Shown: one piece after another, positions 32,364 through 43,261 of the stretch | Layout of the letters: every line of letters starts with the position of its first letter | Numbering within the stretch: position 1 is the first letter of the stretch | From: an uncultured Gammaproteobacteria bacterium | GTDB lineage: Bacteria; Patescibacteriota; Microgenomatia; Levybacterales; UBA12049 | Direction: 5' to 3' | DNA length: 64,000 nt | NCBI GenBank assembly: GCA_964521295.1 | Contig: CAZFRF010000001.1 | Span: 641,016-705,015, forward strand | The notes under the pieces: model-generated | The model's input: the letters and a program-made list of their open reading frames with translations, nothing else | What the model was told of the DNA's origin: nothing | Database searches by the model: none | Made by a program: the position numbers and the translations under genes

Positions 32364-33081
32364 AACCAGATGTACTTATAGCCATCTTATCTTTTGTAAT
32401 CATGTATCCCTCACAGCTAGACAATTCTTCTATAAATTTTATCCCCTTTGTACCCATTGCAAACGCTGCTGTTGCATACCTATCAGCGTCTAATACGTTT
32501 TTTGCAATTATTGTCATACTTACAACATCATCTGATAATTCATTTTGTGTTTTTGGATTATATATGTGATTTCCCCGAATATAATTACCAGATGTTGCGA
32601 TCCCTTTATTATATACCGAAAGTATTTTTACAATTTTAGACTGGTCAAAAGGATTCTTAATTCCCACTATCCAAGCCTTACCATTCTTTGTTCCAGAAGT
32701 CTGAATATCTCCACCACAATCAATATAAAAATTTTTATAACCGGATTGTTTAATTATTTTTGCTGCATTAAATATCGCCCATCCTTTAACAATACCCGAA
32801 GGGTCACAATAATTTCTATTAAAAATATTAAAATAACCACGAGTTTCAGTTTTTGTTTTTTTAGCCAATTTAAATATACTTTTCATGTCAGTACTAAAAT
32901 CTGAATATTTAATTCTTTTTTGATTAAATAAACTAATCTCACTCGTATTTTTGTATGTACTAAATTTAGCATCTATATATTTAAAATAATTGAATACTTT
33001 AGTAAAAATTTCTTTTTTGACATCTTCATCTATAATTTCTACCAAAATTGGCATTCCCATTATTACTTCTAATTGCTTCAT
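32335..33081 (-). CDS. apbE: FAD:protein FMN transferase
   Basis: FSTYK..SEIS, DPSGIVKGW, GGDI, IATSGNYIRG.HIYNP, ADRYATAAF. Confidence 0.9.
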   Translation of the reverse strand: MKQLEVIMGMPILVEIIDEDVKKEIFTKVFNYFKYIDAKFSTYKNTSEISLFNQKRIKYSDFSTDMKSIFKLAKKTKTETRGYFNIFNRNYCDPSGIVKGWAIFNAAKIIKQSGYKNFYIDCGGDIQTSGTKNGKAWIVGIKNPFDQSKIVKILSVYNKGIATSGNYIRGNHIYNPKTQNELSDDVVSMTIIAKNVLDADRYATAAFAMGTKGIKFIEELSSCEGYMITKDKMAISTSGFEKYVKKNN

Positions 33082-33082
33082 T

Positions 33083-33556
33083 TTATAATGCTTGATTTAA
33101 TGCGGATTGAAGAGATTCTTTAAACGCAACGCTACTCTGTGTTGCGCCGGAAACAACATCTACTTCGGCATTTTGGTTCTTAATTGCTTCTTGTCTAAAA
33201 AGCGGAATCGCCTGCTCGTTTATTTGGATCGATGTGCTCCTATCATTAGGATAAATTAAAAATTCTATATCTTTTATCCTACCGTTTTCTATAATTGCCT
33301 TTACTTGAAAATCTCCATAAAATGCATCTGCAATTTTACCTGTATAATTTCCATCTTTATATTTTAAATCAGAACTTAATGTAATTGTCGGTATTAATGT
33401 TGTTTGACTACTGCTTGAATTTTCTGATGAAAATGAATTAGTACTTGGTGCATTATTAAGTTTCTTTTCTAATAAATTCGCTAATCCCAGTTTTTGGAGC
33501 AATAAAAGTGCGCTAATAATTAAAAAAACGCCTAAGGTAACTGTAATTTTCTTCAT
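33083..33556 (-). CDS. Membrane-anchored FMN-binding (flavinylated) protein
   Basis: N-terminal TM, YKDGNYTG, flavinylation motif DVVSGATQSS. Confidence 0.9.
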   Translation of the reverse strand: MKKITVTLGVFLIISALLLLQKLGLANLLEKKLNNAPSTNSFSSENSSSSQTTLIPTITLSSDLKYKDGNYTGKIADAFYGDFQVKAIIENGRIKDIEFLIYPNDRSTSIQINEQAIPLFRQEAIKNQNAEVDVVSGATQSSVAFKESLQSALNQAL

Positions 33557-33598
33557 TTTAACTACATTATTAATTTTAGCTGAAAAATAACTGAATTG

Positions 33599-34597
33599 TT
33601 AGATTGAAGAGCTAATGATATTAAATATTTCCTCTGCAAACTTTTGACTATCATGACGAATTATACTTCGCTTTAACTCATCGCTATGATTTTGAGTAAT
33701 AATTACATCTTTTAATAAATCTTTTCTAAGTATGGTAAATTTAGCCTTATTGCTTAAATCATCTTTTACGGGGTACTCTTCATACTCTTCGTACCAAGAC
33801 AAAACTTTTTTAGATGGAGTCCTATCATTAACTAAAACGTAAGTAACTACATCCTTACCTAAGTATTTTTCCAAAACCTCTATGTGTTTATGAGCGGTAT
33901 AGCTAGTGGTTTGCCCATACTTTGTCATTAGGTTTAAGACGAATATCTTCTTTGCCCTAGATTCCTTTATAGCCTTTGACACACCTGTTACCAATAGATT
34001 GGGAATGATGCTGGTATATAAATCCCCAGGACCAATTACAATGAAATCTGCCTGTAAAATTGCAGCCTCTGCATCTTCGTTAATTTCCGCTTTTGGCTTA
34101 AGATATGCCTTTACTATTGGCGCTCTTTTTTCTTTATTTTCAACAACATCAATATGTGTTTCGCCAACAATAGTTTTTCCATCTTCTAAATCTACACATA
34201 AGTTTGCATTTTTAGTAAATGTAACAGGCACAACATTTCCTCTTATTCTCAAGATCTTACCAACTTCAGCAATTGCCTTTTTCATACTACCTGTTTGTTT
34301 TTCTAAGGTTGATAAAAAAATATTTCCAAAACTATGACCTTTTAAACCTCCTTCTTCAAACCTGTAATTAAACATGTTTCTTAAAAGACGTGAAGACTCG
34401 GATAAAGCAACTAAACATTGCCTAACATCACCAGGAGGCAATACGCCCAACTCATCTCGTAGCTTTCCACTTGATCCACCACTGTCTAACATGCTAACTA
34501 TAGCTGTAAGCTTTAACGGATACTTCTTGAGGCCTGTAAGAGCAACGTAACTTCCTGTTCCACCGCCAATTGTAACAACTTTAGGAATTTTGTTCAT
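33599..34597 (-). CDS. YvcK/GlmR-family (CofD-like) protein
   Basis: IGGGTG, DSGGSSGKLR, PPGDVR, GHSFGN, GPGDLYTSIIPNL, RHD. Confidence 0.92.
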   Translation of the reverse strand: MNKIPKVVTIGGGTGSYVALTGLKKYPLKLTAIVSMLDSGGSSGKLRDELGVLPPGDVRQCLVALSESSRLLRNMFNYRFEEGGLKGHSFGNIFLSTLEKQTGSMKKAIAEVGKILRIRGNVVPVTFTKNANLCVDLEDGKTIVGETHIDVVENKEKRAPIVKAYLKPKAEINEDAEAAILQADFIVIGPGDLYTSIIPNLLVTGVSKAIKESRAKKIFVLNLMTKYGQTTSYTAHKHIEVLEKYLGKDVVTYVLVNDRTPSKKVLSWYEEYEEYPVKDDLSNKAKFTILRKDLLKDVIITQNHSDELKRSIIRHDSQKFAEEIFNIISSSI

Positions 34598-34648
34598 TCA
34601 GTCTTTGTATTTTACAGTAAAATTAATACAGAGTAAATTCTAGCTAGC

Positions 34649-34927
34649 CTACCTAATCTCCTTAATCGATTTATCCATCTTTTTATATCTTATATATCCT
34701 AGTAGCAATACGAATATCCCCATTACAATTAATAAGATACCGAATAAATCAATAACTAATCCATTTAAGAAATGCATTAAAGTAACTCCTCCAGCAATTA
34801 AAGCCAAGGCTGTTCTAATATGCGCTAGGAAAGTAGATTCGTTAGCCAAAATTGTTCTATCAATTGCCAAATGGTCTCTTAATATCAATTGTTTCTCTGA
34901 AAATCTTTTATATGGATTTATTTTCAT
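34649..34927 (-). CDS. DUF202 (YidH-like) membrane protein
   Basis: RDHLAIDRTILANESTFLAHIRT and two TM helices. Confidence 0.85.
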   Translation of the reverse strand: MKINPYKRFSEKQLILRDHLAIDRTILANESTFLAHIRTALALIAGGVTLMHFLNGLVIDLFGILLIVMGIFVLLLGYIRYKKMDKSIKEIR

Positions 34928-34963
34928 GTAGAGATTATAACAAAAACATGTATAATCTTAATA

Positions 34964-36004
34964 ATGGCAACCGAAGATATCTTAAAAAATGTTAGATTAA
35001 GATACAGTAATGATAAAAAGCCTGGATATACGCGAAAAATTATAAATGGTAAATTTATCTATTTTAATACTGACGGCAAAAAAATAAATGATCAATCCAC
35101 AATTGAAAGAATAAATAAATTAGTAATTCCCCCTGCTTATAAAAATGTCTGGATCGCTCCCTATGAAAATGGTCATATTCAGGCAATTGGCTATGATGCT
35201 AAAGGCAGAAAGCAATATAGATACCACCCGTTATGGATAAAGATGAGTCAAGAAGAAAAGTTCTCACACCTTATTAATTTTGGCAAAAATCTACCAAAAA
35301 TTAGAAATAAAGTAAGGATAGATATGGAAAAATCTGGCATGCCAAGAGAGAAGGTTTTAGCAACAATCGTTTGGCTTTTAGAAAAAACTTTAATCAGAAT
35401 TGGTAATGACGAATATGAAGAAGATAATAAATCTTATGGCCTAACAACTTTAAAAAATAAACATGCACAAATAAAAACAACTAATCATATTGTTTTTCAA
35501 TTTAAAGGAAAAAGTGGGGTCTATCACAACGTTAGCTTGAAAAACAAAAAAATTGCAAAGATACTTAGACGATGCAAAGAAATTCCTGGACAAGATCTTT
35601 TTCAATATCTCGATGAAAATAAACAAATTCAAACCATTGATTCATACGATGTAAATGAATACTTACGAGAAATTACCAGCGAAGATATTACAGCTAAGGA
35701 TTTTAGAACTTGGGGAGGAACAATTCTTGCTGCAAAAGCATTTTCAAAAATAGGCATACAAACAGAAGAGACTATTATTAAAGAAAACGTTTCTAGCATA
35801 ATCAAGGAGGTTGCAAGCTTCCTAAGGAATAAACCTGCAACCTGCAGGAAATATTACATTCATCCATTAATAGTAAGTGCTTATGAGAAAGGCTTTGTTC
35901 TATCAAATCTAAATTCTCTACCTAAAAAAACTCGTTATTATACAATTAATGGATTAGAACAAAAAGAAAACGAAGTGCTGGCTCTGCTTACATACATTAT
36001 GTAA
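34964..36004 (+). CDS. DNA topoisomerase IB (bacterial/poxvirus-like)
   Basis: IPPAY..VWI, DAKGRKQYRYH, IRIGN, SYGLTTL, FKGKSG, TAKDFRTW, CRKYYIHP (catalytic Tyr). Confidence 0.93.
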   Translation: MATEDILKNVRLRYSNDKKPGYTRKIINGKFIYFNTDGKKINDQSTIERINKLVIPPAYKNVWIAPYENGHIQAIGYDAKGRKQYRYHPLWIKMSQEEKFSHLINFGKNLPKIRNKVRIDMEKSGMPREKVLATIVWLLEKTLIRIGNDEYEEDNKSYGLTTLKNKHAQIKTTNHIVFQFKGKSGVYHNVSLKNKKIAKILRRCKEIPGQDLFQYLDENKQIQTIDSYDVNEYLREITSEDITAKDFRTWGGTILAAKAFSKIGIQTEETIIKENVSSIIKEVASFLRNKPATCRKYYIHPLIVSAYEKGFVLSNLNSLPKKTRYYTINGLEQKENEVLALLTYIM

Positions 36005-36035
36005 TTCATCTACTAAATTGTGGTAATATTACGAC

Positions 36036-36554
36036 ATGCAAATTAAGATACGTATTATTTGCATTCAATTCGTTATTATTTGCTCGCTTGTAGCTGTTAT
36101 TTTTCATGCTCCTCAAAAATATGAAATAATCAGTCCTTTAGCAAAACAAAAGCTCATTTTGGCAGAAAAAGTAAAAAGCCATACTCCGACACCAACTCCC
36201 TCTCCCGCACCAACCACTACACCCACCCTCACACCAACTCCAGCACCTACCGTAGTCCCTTTAACATATGATGAATTAGAAAGTCTTTTTACAAAACACA
36301 GTGAAAGATTTAGTGTTGCAAAAGATTTATTAAAAAAAATTGCAAATTGTGAATCTGGATTTAACCCAAATGCAATAAATGGGAATTACATGGGTATGTT
36401 TCAGTTTTCTCCTAATACTTGGATTAATAATAGAATGCTGCTTGGAGAGAATACAGACATAAACTTAAGAACTAACGCTGATGAAGCAATTAAAACAGCA
36501 GCTTTTATGATTTCTCGGCATATTACAAATGCATGGCCAAATTGCAGTAAATAA
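36036..36554 (+). CDS. Anchored lysozyme-like/SLT (Rpf-like) transglycosylase with Pro/Thr linker
   Basis: IANCESGFNPNA, GMFQF...TW, AWPNC; TPTPTP linker. Confidence 0.8.
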   Translation: MQIKIRIICIQFVIICSLVAVIFHAPQKYEIISPLAKQKLILAEKVKSHTPTPTPSPAPTTTPTLTPTPAPTVVPLTYDELESLFTKHSERFSVAKDLLKKIANCESGFNPNAINGNYMGMFQFSPNTWINNRMLLGENTDINLRTNADEAIKTAAFMISRHITNAWPNCSK

Positions 36555-37781
36555 TTACTGAGATTTTCTTAAGCTGCTAATATAATTTCTAAAAAAAATT
36601 ACACATATTAAAATAGAAAATAAAAAAACCTTCGGATTATATTGAATAAAAGAAAATACAGGAATAATGTTAACTAAAGCAATAAATGAAATTAATAAAT
36701 TTTTATTATATTTATTAAAAAACAAAAACACTTCTAACATCAGTAACACTACGGGGATGTAAATATAACGCATGTCTGAAATTATATGAAATAATTCAAT
36801 TTCATATGCAGGGGTAATCGGTAAAAATAAAGAAACCAAAAGAGTTGAGATTGTGAGGATAATTAATTTATGATCTAAAAATTTAATACTTCTTTTTTTA
36901 TGTTTAAAATAAATAATTATTCCCAAAAATAGTATAAGAGAAAAAGACCAGACCATATACTCTGAAATAAATGAATTAATCAACGGTATTATTCCTTGAG
37001 GATAATCAAATGGTATTTTCCATAACATCCAATCTTGCTGAACAAAACCATCCAACCCCTTAAACCCTAAAATTCCAGCTGGATATATTGGCGAGCCCAT
37101 TATTATTAAATTCCTAAGATACCAAAATATTCCAAACACAAAAACTAAAGCAATCGATACCAAAAATCTTATTAAATTGTAATTTTTAATAATTGACTTA
37201 AAATAAATCAATACTAAAGGGATTGCAAAAAGTGGCCCAGAATATTTTGTACCTATTAACATACCCAGGGAGAAACCGAAAATTAAACTAAAAGCCCAAC
37301 TTGTTCTTGGTTTTTGTAAAGTTAGTAAGCACAAAATAAACCACGCGCATAACCACTTATCTATACTCTGATCTGGAATTGTCCTAACAATAGATACTAC
37401 CCCAACAACACTACCAGCGAAAATTACCGAAATTAATTTATCAAATCCAAAATTTTTTGCCAAAAAATAACAAACACTCAACAAAAAAACCCAACCAAGT
37501 AAGCCAAAAAGATTTAAAGGAATTTTTAGTAAAATAAAAATTACAAGAATCAAGTTAGTTGCACCAGGTGAATAAATATACGGATCATCTAGTCTATACT
37601 TTAAAAAATCTCCCGAAATAATACTATTGGCAATTGGAATATTATAATCAGGACTTGTAGGGGTAAGATGTGTTAATCCATGATAAAAAAATATTGCAAA
37701 AATAAATACTAACATCGCAGTAATTATTTTTGAAATTAAATCAATTAATTTAGTTTCTAATAAAAGATTATTTTGATGCAT
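36555..37781 (-). CDS. Multi-TM GT-C-like membrane protein
   Basis: Many TM helices, [21 protein letters not shown]; last gene of the sugar cluster; second ATG preferred. Confidence 0.6.
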   Translation of the reverse strand: MHQNNLLLETKLIDLISKIITAMLVFIFAIFFYHGLTHLTPTSPDYNIPIANSIISGDFLKYRLDDPYIYSPGATNLILVIFILLKIPLNLFGLLGWVFLLSVCYFLAKNFGFDKLISVIFAGSVVGVVSIVRTIPDQSIDKWLCAWFILCLLTLQKPRTSWAFSLIFGFSLGMLIGTKYSGPLFAIPLVLIYFKSIIKNYNLIRFLVSIALVFVFGIFWYLRNLIIMGSPIYPAGILGFKGLDGFVQQDWMLWKIPFDYPQGIIPLINSFISEYMVWSFSLILFLGIIIYFKHKKRSIKFLDHKLIILTISTLLVSLFLPITPAYEIELFHIISDMRYIYIPVVLLMLEVFLFFNKYNKNLLISFIALVNIIPVFSFIQYNPKVFLFSILICVIFFRNYISSLRKSQ

Positions 37782-38250
37782 TAATTTTTCTAATTTTTTT
37801 GGCGGGCACACCAATAACTATCTCATTATCTTTAACATTTTTTGTCACAACACTTCCAGCGCCAACCATTGCATTTTCTCCAATAGTTATTCCTCCTAAA
37901 ATTGTAGAATTTGAACCAATAGACGCGCCTTTTTTAATTAAAATTGGTAATAAATCCCAATCTTTATCATTTTGTTGTTTTCCTTTCGAATTTAAAACTC
38001 GTGGATACTTATCGTTCACAAAAACAACATGATGACCAATAAACACATTCTCTTCAATAATTACACCACTACAGATAAATGAATGTGATTGAATTTTTAC
38101 ATTATTACCAATTACCACATCTTTTTGAATTTCTACAAAAGTTCCAACCTGAGAATCTCTACCAATACTACAACCATATAAATTTACGAAATCGTAAATT
38201 TTTACTCCCTTTCCAATTTTGCAGTTTTTAATTATTTGATTTTTTTTCAT
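37768..38250 (-). CDS. Hexapeptide-repeat sugar N-acetyltransferase (WbpD/WxcM-like)
   Basis: [37 protein letters not shown]...GVPA. Confidence 0.88.
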   Translation of the reverse strand: MKKNQIIKNCKIGKGVKIYDFVNLYGCSIGRDSQVGTFVEIQKDVVIGNNVKIQSHSFICSGVIIEENVFIGHHVVFVNDKYPRVLNSKGKQQNDKDWDLLPILIKKGASIGSNSTILGGITIGENAMVGAGSVVTKNVKDNEIVIGVPAKKIRKINASK

Positions 38251-38251
38251 G

Positions 38252-38938
38252 CTACAGACTGAAACGAAACTTTAATGCATCTAAAAATGACTCTATAACT
38301 ATTTTATTATTTACTCCACTTTTATTTTTCTTATTTCTTCCATGATAAACCGGTATTGCCTTAATATTATACCCCAAATTTGCTGCTTTTATTAAAAATT
38401 CAGCCTCAAAAAATACGCTTTTAGAGTTAGTTTTTATTTTTTTAAATATCTTTGTTTTAAATATTTTAATACTACCAACATCAAAAAGATTTTTACCAAA
38501 CATTAATAATGGTATTATATTGTAAACAAACGAGATGGTTCTTCTTAAGAATGTATATTTTTTATTTGTTCTTTTCCCTATTACTATGTCTCCATTTGTC
38601 TTTAAAATAAATCTTATTAAACGCAAAACGTCTATAGATTTCCAACCGCCATCAGCGCTAAATAAAACTGTGTATTCATTAATTGCTTGTGAATACAAAT
38701 CTTTTAAAGTTTCGGCGATACCTTTATTTTTCTTATGAATGATAATTGATACATTTTTATGATTTTTTTTAAATTTTTGCATAATTATTAAAGAATTATC
38801 TATGCTTCCATCATCACACAATAATATTTCAAATTTAATTTTCTCCTTATTCAACAACTCATAACATTCCGCCAAATATTTATTAAGTGTTGAAGCATTA
38901 TTGAAAACAGGGATTACAAGGCTTACAGAATTATTCAT
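38252..38938 (-). CDS. GT2 glycosyltransferase (polyprenol-phosphate sugar synthase-like)
   Basis: [32 protein letters not shown]. Confidence 0.85.
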   Translation of the reverse strand: MNNSVSLVIPVFNNASTLNKYLAECYELLNKEKIKFEILLCDDGSIDNSLIIMQKFKKNHKNVSIIIHKKNKGIAETLKDLYSQAINEYTVLFSADGGWKSIDVLRLIRFILKTNGDIVIGKRTNKKYTFLRRTISFVYNIIPLLMFGKNLFDVGSIKIFKTKIFKKIKTNSKSVFFEAEFLIKAANLGYNIKAIPVYHGRNKKNKSGVNNKIVIESFLDALKFRFSL

Positions 38939-39938
38939 ACAAATTAATTTCTTTTTTTAATTTTAAACTCTTTTCCGCAGCGGCTAATAACTTAACCACA
39001 TTTAACCCGGATTTTCCGTCAGTCATAGGTGTTATGTTTTTTTTAACACAATCAACAAGATGTCTCAATTGAACCAAAAGAGTTTCTTCTTGAGACAATT
39101 TAGGAATTAGAATATCTCCACTTCTATATGCAGGGGTAAAAGGAGTAATTGAAGCCTCTGAATAATTATCTCTATTATAAATCTTAATTTTTTCAGTTGG
39201 CTCAATATCGTTAAATTGAATCATTTGCCTACTTCCACCGAGCAAAATTGTTCTTATTTTTACAGGAGATAACCAACTAACATGAATGTGTGCTGAAATA
39301 TTATTTTTATATCTTAGAAAAACATGAGCAAACTCAACATTCGACTTCCCCAAATGTCTTGAAGCTGCAACATAAATAGAAATAGGAAGAGATTCAAATA
39401 GAAAATTTAATATTGCAAAATCATGAGTTGCTAAATCCCAAAGCACATTAGTATCGGAATAAAACCTCCCTAAATTAGTACGCGTACTATCATAATAATA
39501 AATTTGTCCCATTTTTTTCTTAGAAATTTGTTCCTTAATTTTTCTAATCGCAGAGCTATAAATAAAAGTGTGTCCCACCATTAATATTTTTTTATTTTTC
39601 TTAGCCATATCCACAAGCTCTTTAGCCTCTTTAATGCTTTGGGTAACTGGTTTTTCAATAAAAACATGTTTATTCATTAATAAAGCTTTTTTTGCTAATA
39701 AGTAATGGGTGGATAATGGAGTTGCGATAGCAATTATATCTACATTATTATCATTTAATACTTCTTCGTATTTTTTTGTTGTTCGTAGAAATGGATAATC
39801 TATTGTTATTTTTCGGAGATTTTTTTCACTAACATCACAAAGGTAAGCTATGTTTACTCCGGGAATTTTTAAAAAATTTCTAACTAAATTTGGCCCCCAG
39901 TAGCCTAAACCAACTACTGCAATATTAATTTTTTTCAT
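38931..39938 (-). CDS. Gfo/Idh/MocA oxidoreductase (WbpB/WlbA-like)
   Basis: [32 protein letters not shown]. Confidence 0.88.
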   Translation of the reverse strand: MKKINIAVVGLGYWGPNLVRNFLKIPGVNIAYLCDVSEKNLRKITIDYPFLRTTKKYEEVLNDNNVDIIAIATPLSTHYLLAKKALLMNKHVFIEKPVTQSIKEAKELVDMAKKNKKILMVGHTFIYSSAIRKIKEQISKKKMGQIYYYDSTRTNLGRFYSDTNVLWDLATHDFAILNFLFESLPISIYVAASRHLGKSNVEFAHVFLRYKNNISAHIHVSWLSPVKIRTILLGGSRQMIQFNDIEPTEKIKIYNRDNYSEASITPFTPAYRSGDILIPKLSQEETLLVQLRHLVDCVKKNITPMTDGKSGLNVVKLLAAAEKSLKLKKEINLYE

Positions 39939-41034
39939 TTTTAAAATAGCTACTTAAAACTTTGGCAACTTGTAATATTTCTGTCCTTTTAATCTCTGGA
40001 TACATTGGTAATGCTATTGATTGAGACATTAATCTTTCTGCATTCGCTAGCTTTTTTTTACCAAATCTTGAATAATAAAATTTTTGCAAATTTAGCGGTT
40101 TATCATAATAAAAACTAGTGCCTATATTATTTTTTTTCAAAAACTTATTTATTTTATCTCTATTTTTAATAAAAATAGGCAAAACATAATAAACTGGATT
40201 AGTATTTACATCGTTTTGAATAAATCTTATTGGCAAAGATTTCAATAAACTCTCGTATAACCTGACTGCTTTTAGTCTTTTTTTATTTTGAATATCCAAG
40301 TATTTTAATTTATTTAACAATACAGCTGCCTGAAAACTATCAAGCCTACTATTTGTTCCCAATATTTCATGTACATTTCTATTTTTTTGTCCATGATTTC
40401 TAAGCATTAATATTTTTTTGTAAATTTGGAAGTTATTTGTAGTTATGGCACCTGCGTCACCAAATGCCCCTAAGTTTTTGGTTGGATAAAAAGAAAAAGT
40501 TCCAATATCACCTAAAGAGCCGACCTTTTTTGAATTAAGCAGGCTTCCTTGAGCCTGAGAACAATCTTCAATTACTATTAATTTATGTTTCCTAGCAATC
40601 TTATTTATTCTTGCCATATCACAAACAAAACCATACATATGAACGACTATTATTGCTTTTGTTTTTTTTGTAATTGCTTTTTCAATCGCATCTGGATCTA
40701 TTAATGGACTATTTAAATGTGAATCTACCAACATTGGTTTTGCATTTAACATAATAATTGGAGAAATGGATGCGGAAAATGTATATGCTGGAGCAATAAC
40801 TTCATCTTCGGGCTTTATATCAATTGCCATTAAGGCAAGGAGTATTGCATCAGTACCCGAAGCAACTCCTACGCAATATTTAACCCCAATATACTCAGCA
40901 AATTTTTCCTCAAATTTTACTACCTCTTTACCTAATATAAAATCAGAAGAATTAATAATTCTTTTAAAACTTTTTAAAATATCTCCAGAGTATTTTCTAC
41001 TTTCTCTTGATAAATCAATAAAATCAACTTTCAT
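39925..41034 (-). CDS. DegT/DnrJ/EryC1/StrS aminotransferase
   Basis: [35 protein letters not shown]. Confidence 0.93.
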   Translation of the reverse strand: MKVDFIDLSRESRKYSGDILKSFKRIINSSDFILGKEVVKFEEKFAEYIGVKYCVGVASGTDAILLALMAIDIKPEDEVIAPAYTFSASISPIIMLNAKPMLVDSHLNSPLIDPDAIEKAITKKTKAIIVVHMYGFVCDMARINKIARKHKLIVIEDCSQAQGSLLNSKKVGSLGDIGTFSFYPTKNLGAFGDAGAITTNNFQIYKKILMLRNHGQKNRNVHEILGTNSRLDSFQAAVLLNKLKYLDIQNKKRLKAVRLYESLLKSLPIRFIQNDVNTNPVYYVLPIFIKNRDKINKFLKKNNIGTSFYYDKPLNLQKFYYSRFGKKKLANAERLMSQSIALPMYPEIKRTEILQVAKVLSSYFKNEKN

Positions 41035-41340
41035 TTAAAATTACGAGCATTATATCAAAATTAAAAGAGGGCAGACACAGCTTAATCGCTTGGGTTTTTT
41101 TAATATTTCATATAAAAGAAGTATTTCCAACTTTTTTATAAAGTATCTATTAAGCTAAATAGATTTAAGTTTGAAAAATAACCTCAGAATTAGAATATAA
41201 ATATTCCACATGCATTATGCGAGAAAAAAATCAAAAATAAATACAATACTGAAGAAACCATAAAAAATAATACCTAAAACCAATTTAATTGAGAAAAATT
41301 TAGCTGTTAAAATAAGTACACCTATTATAGCATTTGGAGA

Positions 41341-41916
41341 TTATTTCCAATTATTTGAGATTGTAAAATTAAATTTATTCAAAATTTCAGACAATAAATT
41401 AACTGGCATTCCCATCACATTAAAGTATTCTCCTTTTATTTCCTTAATGAATATTCCTGCCTTACCTTGAATTCCATAGCCTCCAGCCTTATCAAGCGGC
41501 TCTTTGGTTTTTAAATAACAATCTATTTCCACTTTATTCAATTTTTTAAACTTAACTTTTGTTTCTGCAATCTTAGTAATTATTTTTTTATTCCTAATAA
41601 CAGATACTCCAGTAATAACTGTATGTGTTTTGCCGCTTAGCAATTTAAGCATTTCTTTGGCTTCATAATTATTTTTAGGCTTGCCCATTATTCTTTTTCC
41701 CAAAACCACTACCGTATCTGCAGCAATTATTAAATCAAAAGGATATTTATTAGCCAAAGATTTTGCTTTTTCAGCTGCTAAGAATTTAACAATGGATTCT
41801 GGTTTTTTTAAGGTTGTTTTTTCTGCAAAACCACTTTCTTCAACTATAAATTTTAGACCAATTTTTTCCAATATTTCTTTTCTTCGAGGAGAAGCTGATG
41901 CTAAGATGATTTTCAT
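41341..41916 (-). CDS. maf: Maf-family nucleoside triphosphate pyrophosphatase
   Basis: ILASASPRR, AADTVV, GKP, LSGKTH, DKAGGYGIQG, NVMGMP. Confidence 0.93.
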   Translation of the reverse strand: MKIILASASPRRKEILEKIGLKFIVEESGFAEKTTLKKPESIVKFLAAEKAKSLANKYPFDLIIAADTVVVLGKRIMGKPKNNYEAKEMLKLLSGKTHTVITGVSVIRNKKIITKIAETKVKFKKLNKVEIDCYLKTKEPLDKAGGYGIQGKAGIFIKEIKGEYFNVMGMPVNLLSEILNKFNFTISNNWK

Positions 41917-41957
41917 CGCATAGATTATAACATGAACATTAAATTGCAGATATTAAT

Positions 41958-42116
41958 CTATAATAAATTTCTTTTTTTAATCTCTTCAAGTATTTTTCCA
42001 TCTAATGGCCTACAATTACAATTCCTAGAATGATTTAAATGCCAAATTATTCTTTGCTCCAGCTTTGGATTATTAGGCATTTTATTGTTCTTATGCCATT
42101 CTGCATTAATTCTCAC
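41958..42116 (-). CDS. 52-aa His/Cys microprotein (not in the ORF track)
   Basis: GTG...TAG ORF MRINAEWHKNNKMPNNPKLEQRIIWHLNHSRNCNCRPLDGKILEEIKKRNLL; TATAAT 6 nt upstream. Confidence 0.75.
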   Translation of the reverse strand: MRINAEWHKNNKMPNNPKLEQRIIWHLNHSRNCNCRPLDGKILEEIKKRNLL

Positions 42117-42179
42117 AAATTTATTATATACCTTAATTATTATAATAGTTAGTAAATATTAAAATGCTATAATTAATAT

Positions 42180-42485
42180 ATGCAGATTAACAACTTTCTC
42201 CGTCCTTTAATTGCGACAACCATTATCTTGATTATCCCTCTTGCTCTTACGATTCGCGATGGTGGAGTAGAGGGTGTTGGATGGAATTGGGGAATTGCTG
42301 ATTTTATAATAATGGGATTATTAATTTTTACCACTGGGTTTCTGATTGAATTTGTAAATAAAAGAATAAAAAATAAAAATTTAAAACTAGCCTTAATACT
42401 TGGTATCCTACTCGCGCTTTTTTTAACCTGGCTAGAGCTTGCAGTAGATGGAGTCTCTCACATCTTTAATTTAATAGGCAATTAG
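42180..42485 (+). CDS. Small 3-TM hypothetical membrane protein
   Basis: WNWGIADFIIMG...WLELAV; TATAAT 6 nt upstream. Confidence 0.75.
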   Translation: MQINNFLRPLIATTIILIIPLALTIRDGGVEGVGWNWGIADFIIMGLLIFTTGFLIEFVNKRIKNKNLKLALILGILLALFLTWLELAVDGVSHIFNLIGN

Positions 42486-42493
42486 AGAAAACA

Positions 42494-43261
42494 TTACTTC
42501 TTAGGCGGTAAGGGGATAAAAACGCTTGTTCTTTTCTTATATTCTTCAAAATCTTCTCTGCCTTTATACTTCTTTTCCAGCAATGGCACTCCAGATACAA
42601 ATAGTATTAAAAAACTAATTGTTAAAGGACTAACCACTGTATAAATTCCATTAATAATTCCTAAGGTGATAATCCAAAGTCCCCACCACTGTGTAACCTC
42701 TCCGAAATAATTTGGATGCCTAGAATATTTCCATAAACCCTGGGTCATAAGTACTCCTTTATTTAGAGGATTTTTGATAAATTCTGATAACTGTTTATCA
42801 GCAGTTACTTCAAAAAGAAAACCAACAAACCAAATCAATGCACCAATGATTGAAAAAATATTAATACTCTCATTTGCATTTTTATTAACAAATATAACCG
42901 GTAGAGCAATGACAAATAGAAAAATTCCTTGGAGGACAAATACTTGCAAATAAGATCTAAGTGTAAACCATTTTCCCCAACTTTTTCTCCATTCTAAATA
43001 TCGACTGTCTTCCTCCTTGCCTTTATGTCGATTATGAATGTGAATAAACAACCTAACACCCCAAATACTGATTAAAATATTAACTAAAATGTTTTGCAAC
43101 AATAAATTTCCAGAAATCAATAAAGCAGTCCATGCTAAAACAACAAATCCTAGCCCCCAAGCTTCATCTGCGACATCATTTCTTTTTTTAATTATTGAGA
43201 TAACAAACCATACATTTATGTAAATAAATAATATTAGGAAAAGAAGTAAATAAAAGTTCAT
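42494..43261 (-). CDS. DUF1295 / steroid 5-alpha-reductase-like membrane protein
   Basis: DEAWG, WGVRL, EDSRY, GLWKYSRHPNYFGE, SGVPLLE. Confidence 0.9.
   Translation of the reverse strand: MNFYLLLFLILFIYINVWFVISIIKKRNDVADEAWGLGFVVLAWTALLISGNLLLQNILVNILISIWGVRLFIHIHNRHKGKEEDSRYLEWRKSWGKWFTLRSYLQVFVLQGIFLFVIALPVIFVNKNANESINIFSIIGALIWFVGFLFEVTADKQLSEFIKNPLNKGVLMTQGLWKYSRHPNYFGEVTQWWGLWIITLGIINGIYTVVSPLTISFLILFVSGVPLLEKKYKGREDFEEYKKRTSVFIPLPPKK

Noticed and set aside
41035-41340. 305-bp gap with a hydrophobic minus-strand frame (..GVLILTAKFFSIKLVLGIIFYGFFSIVFIFDFFLA*) and a TGCTATAAT box
   Set aside because: No convincing start codon at leaderless distance, very AT-rich, and no recognisable RNA structure; may be a gene remnant
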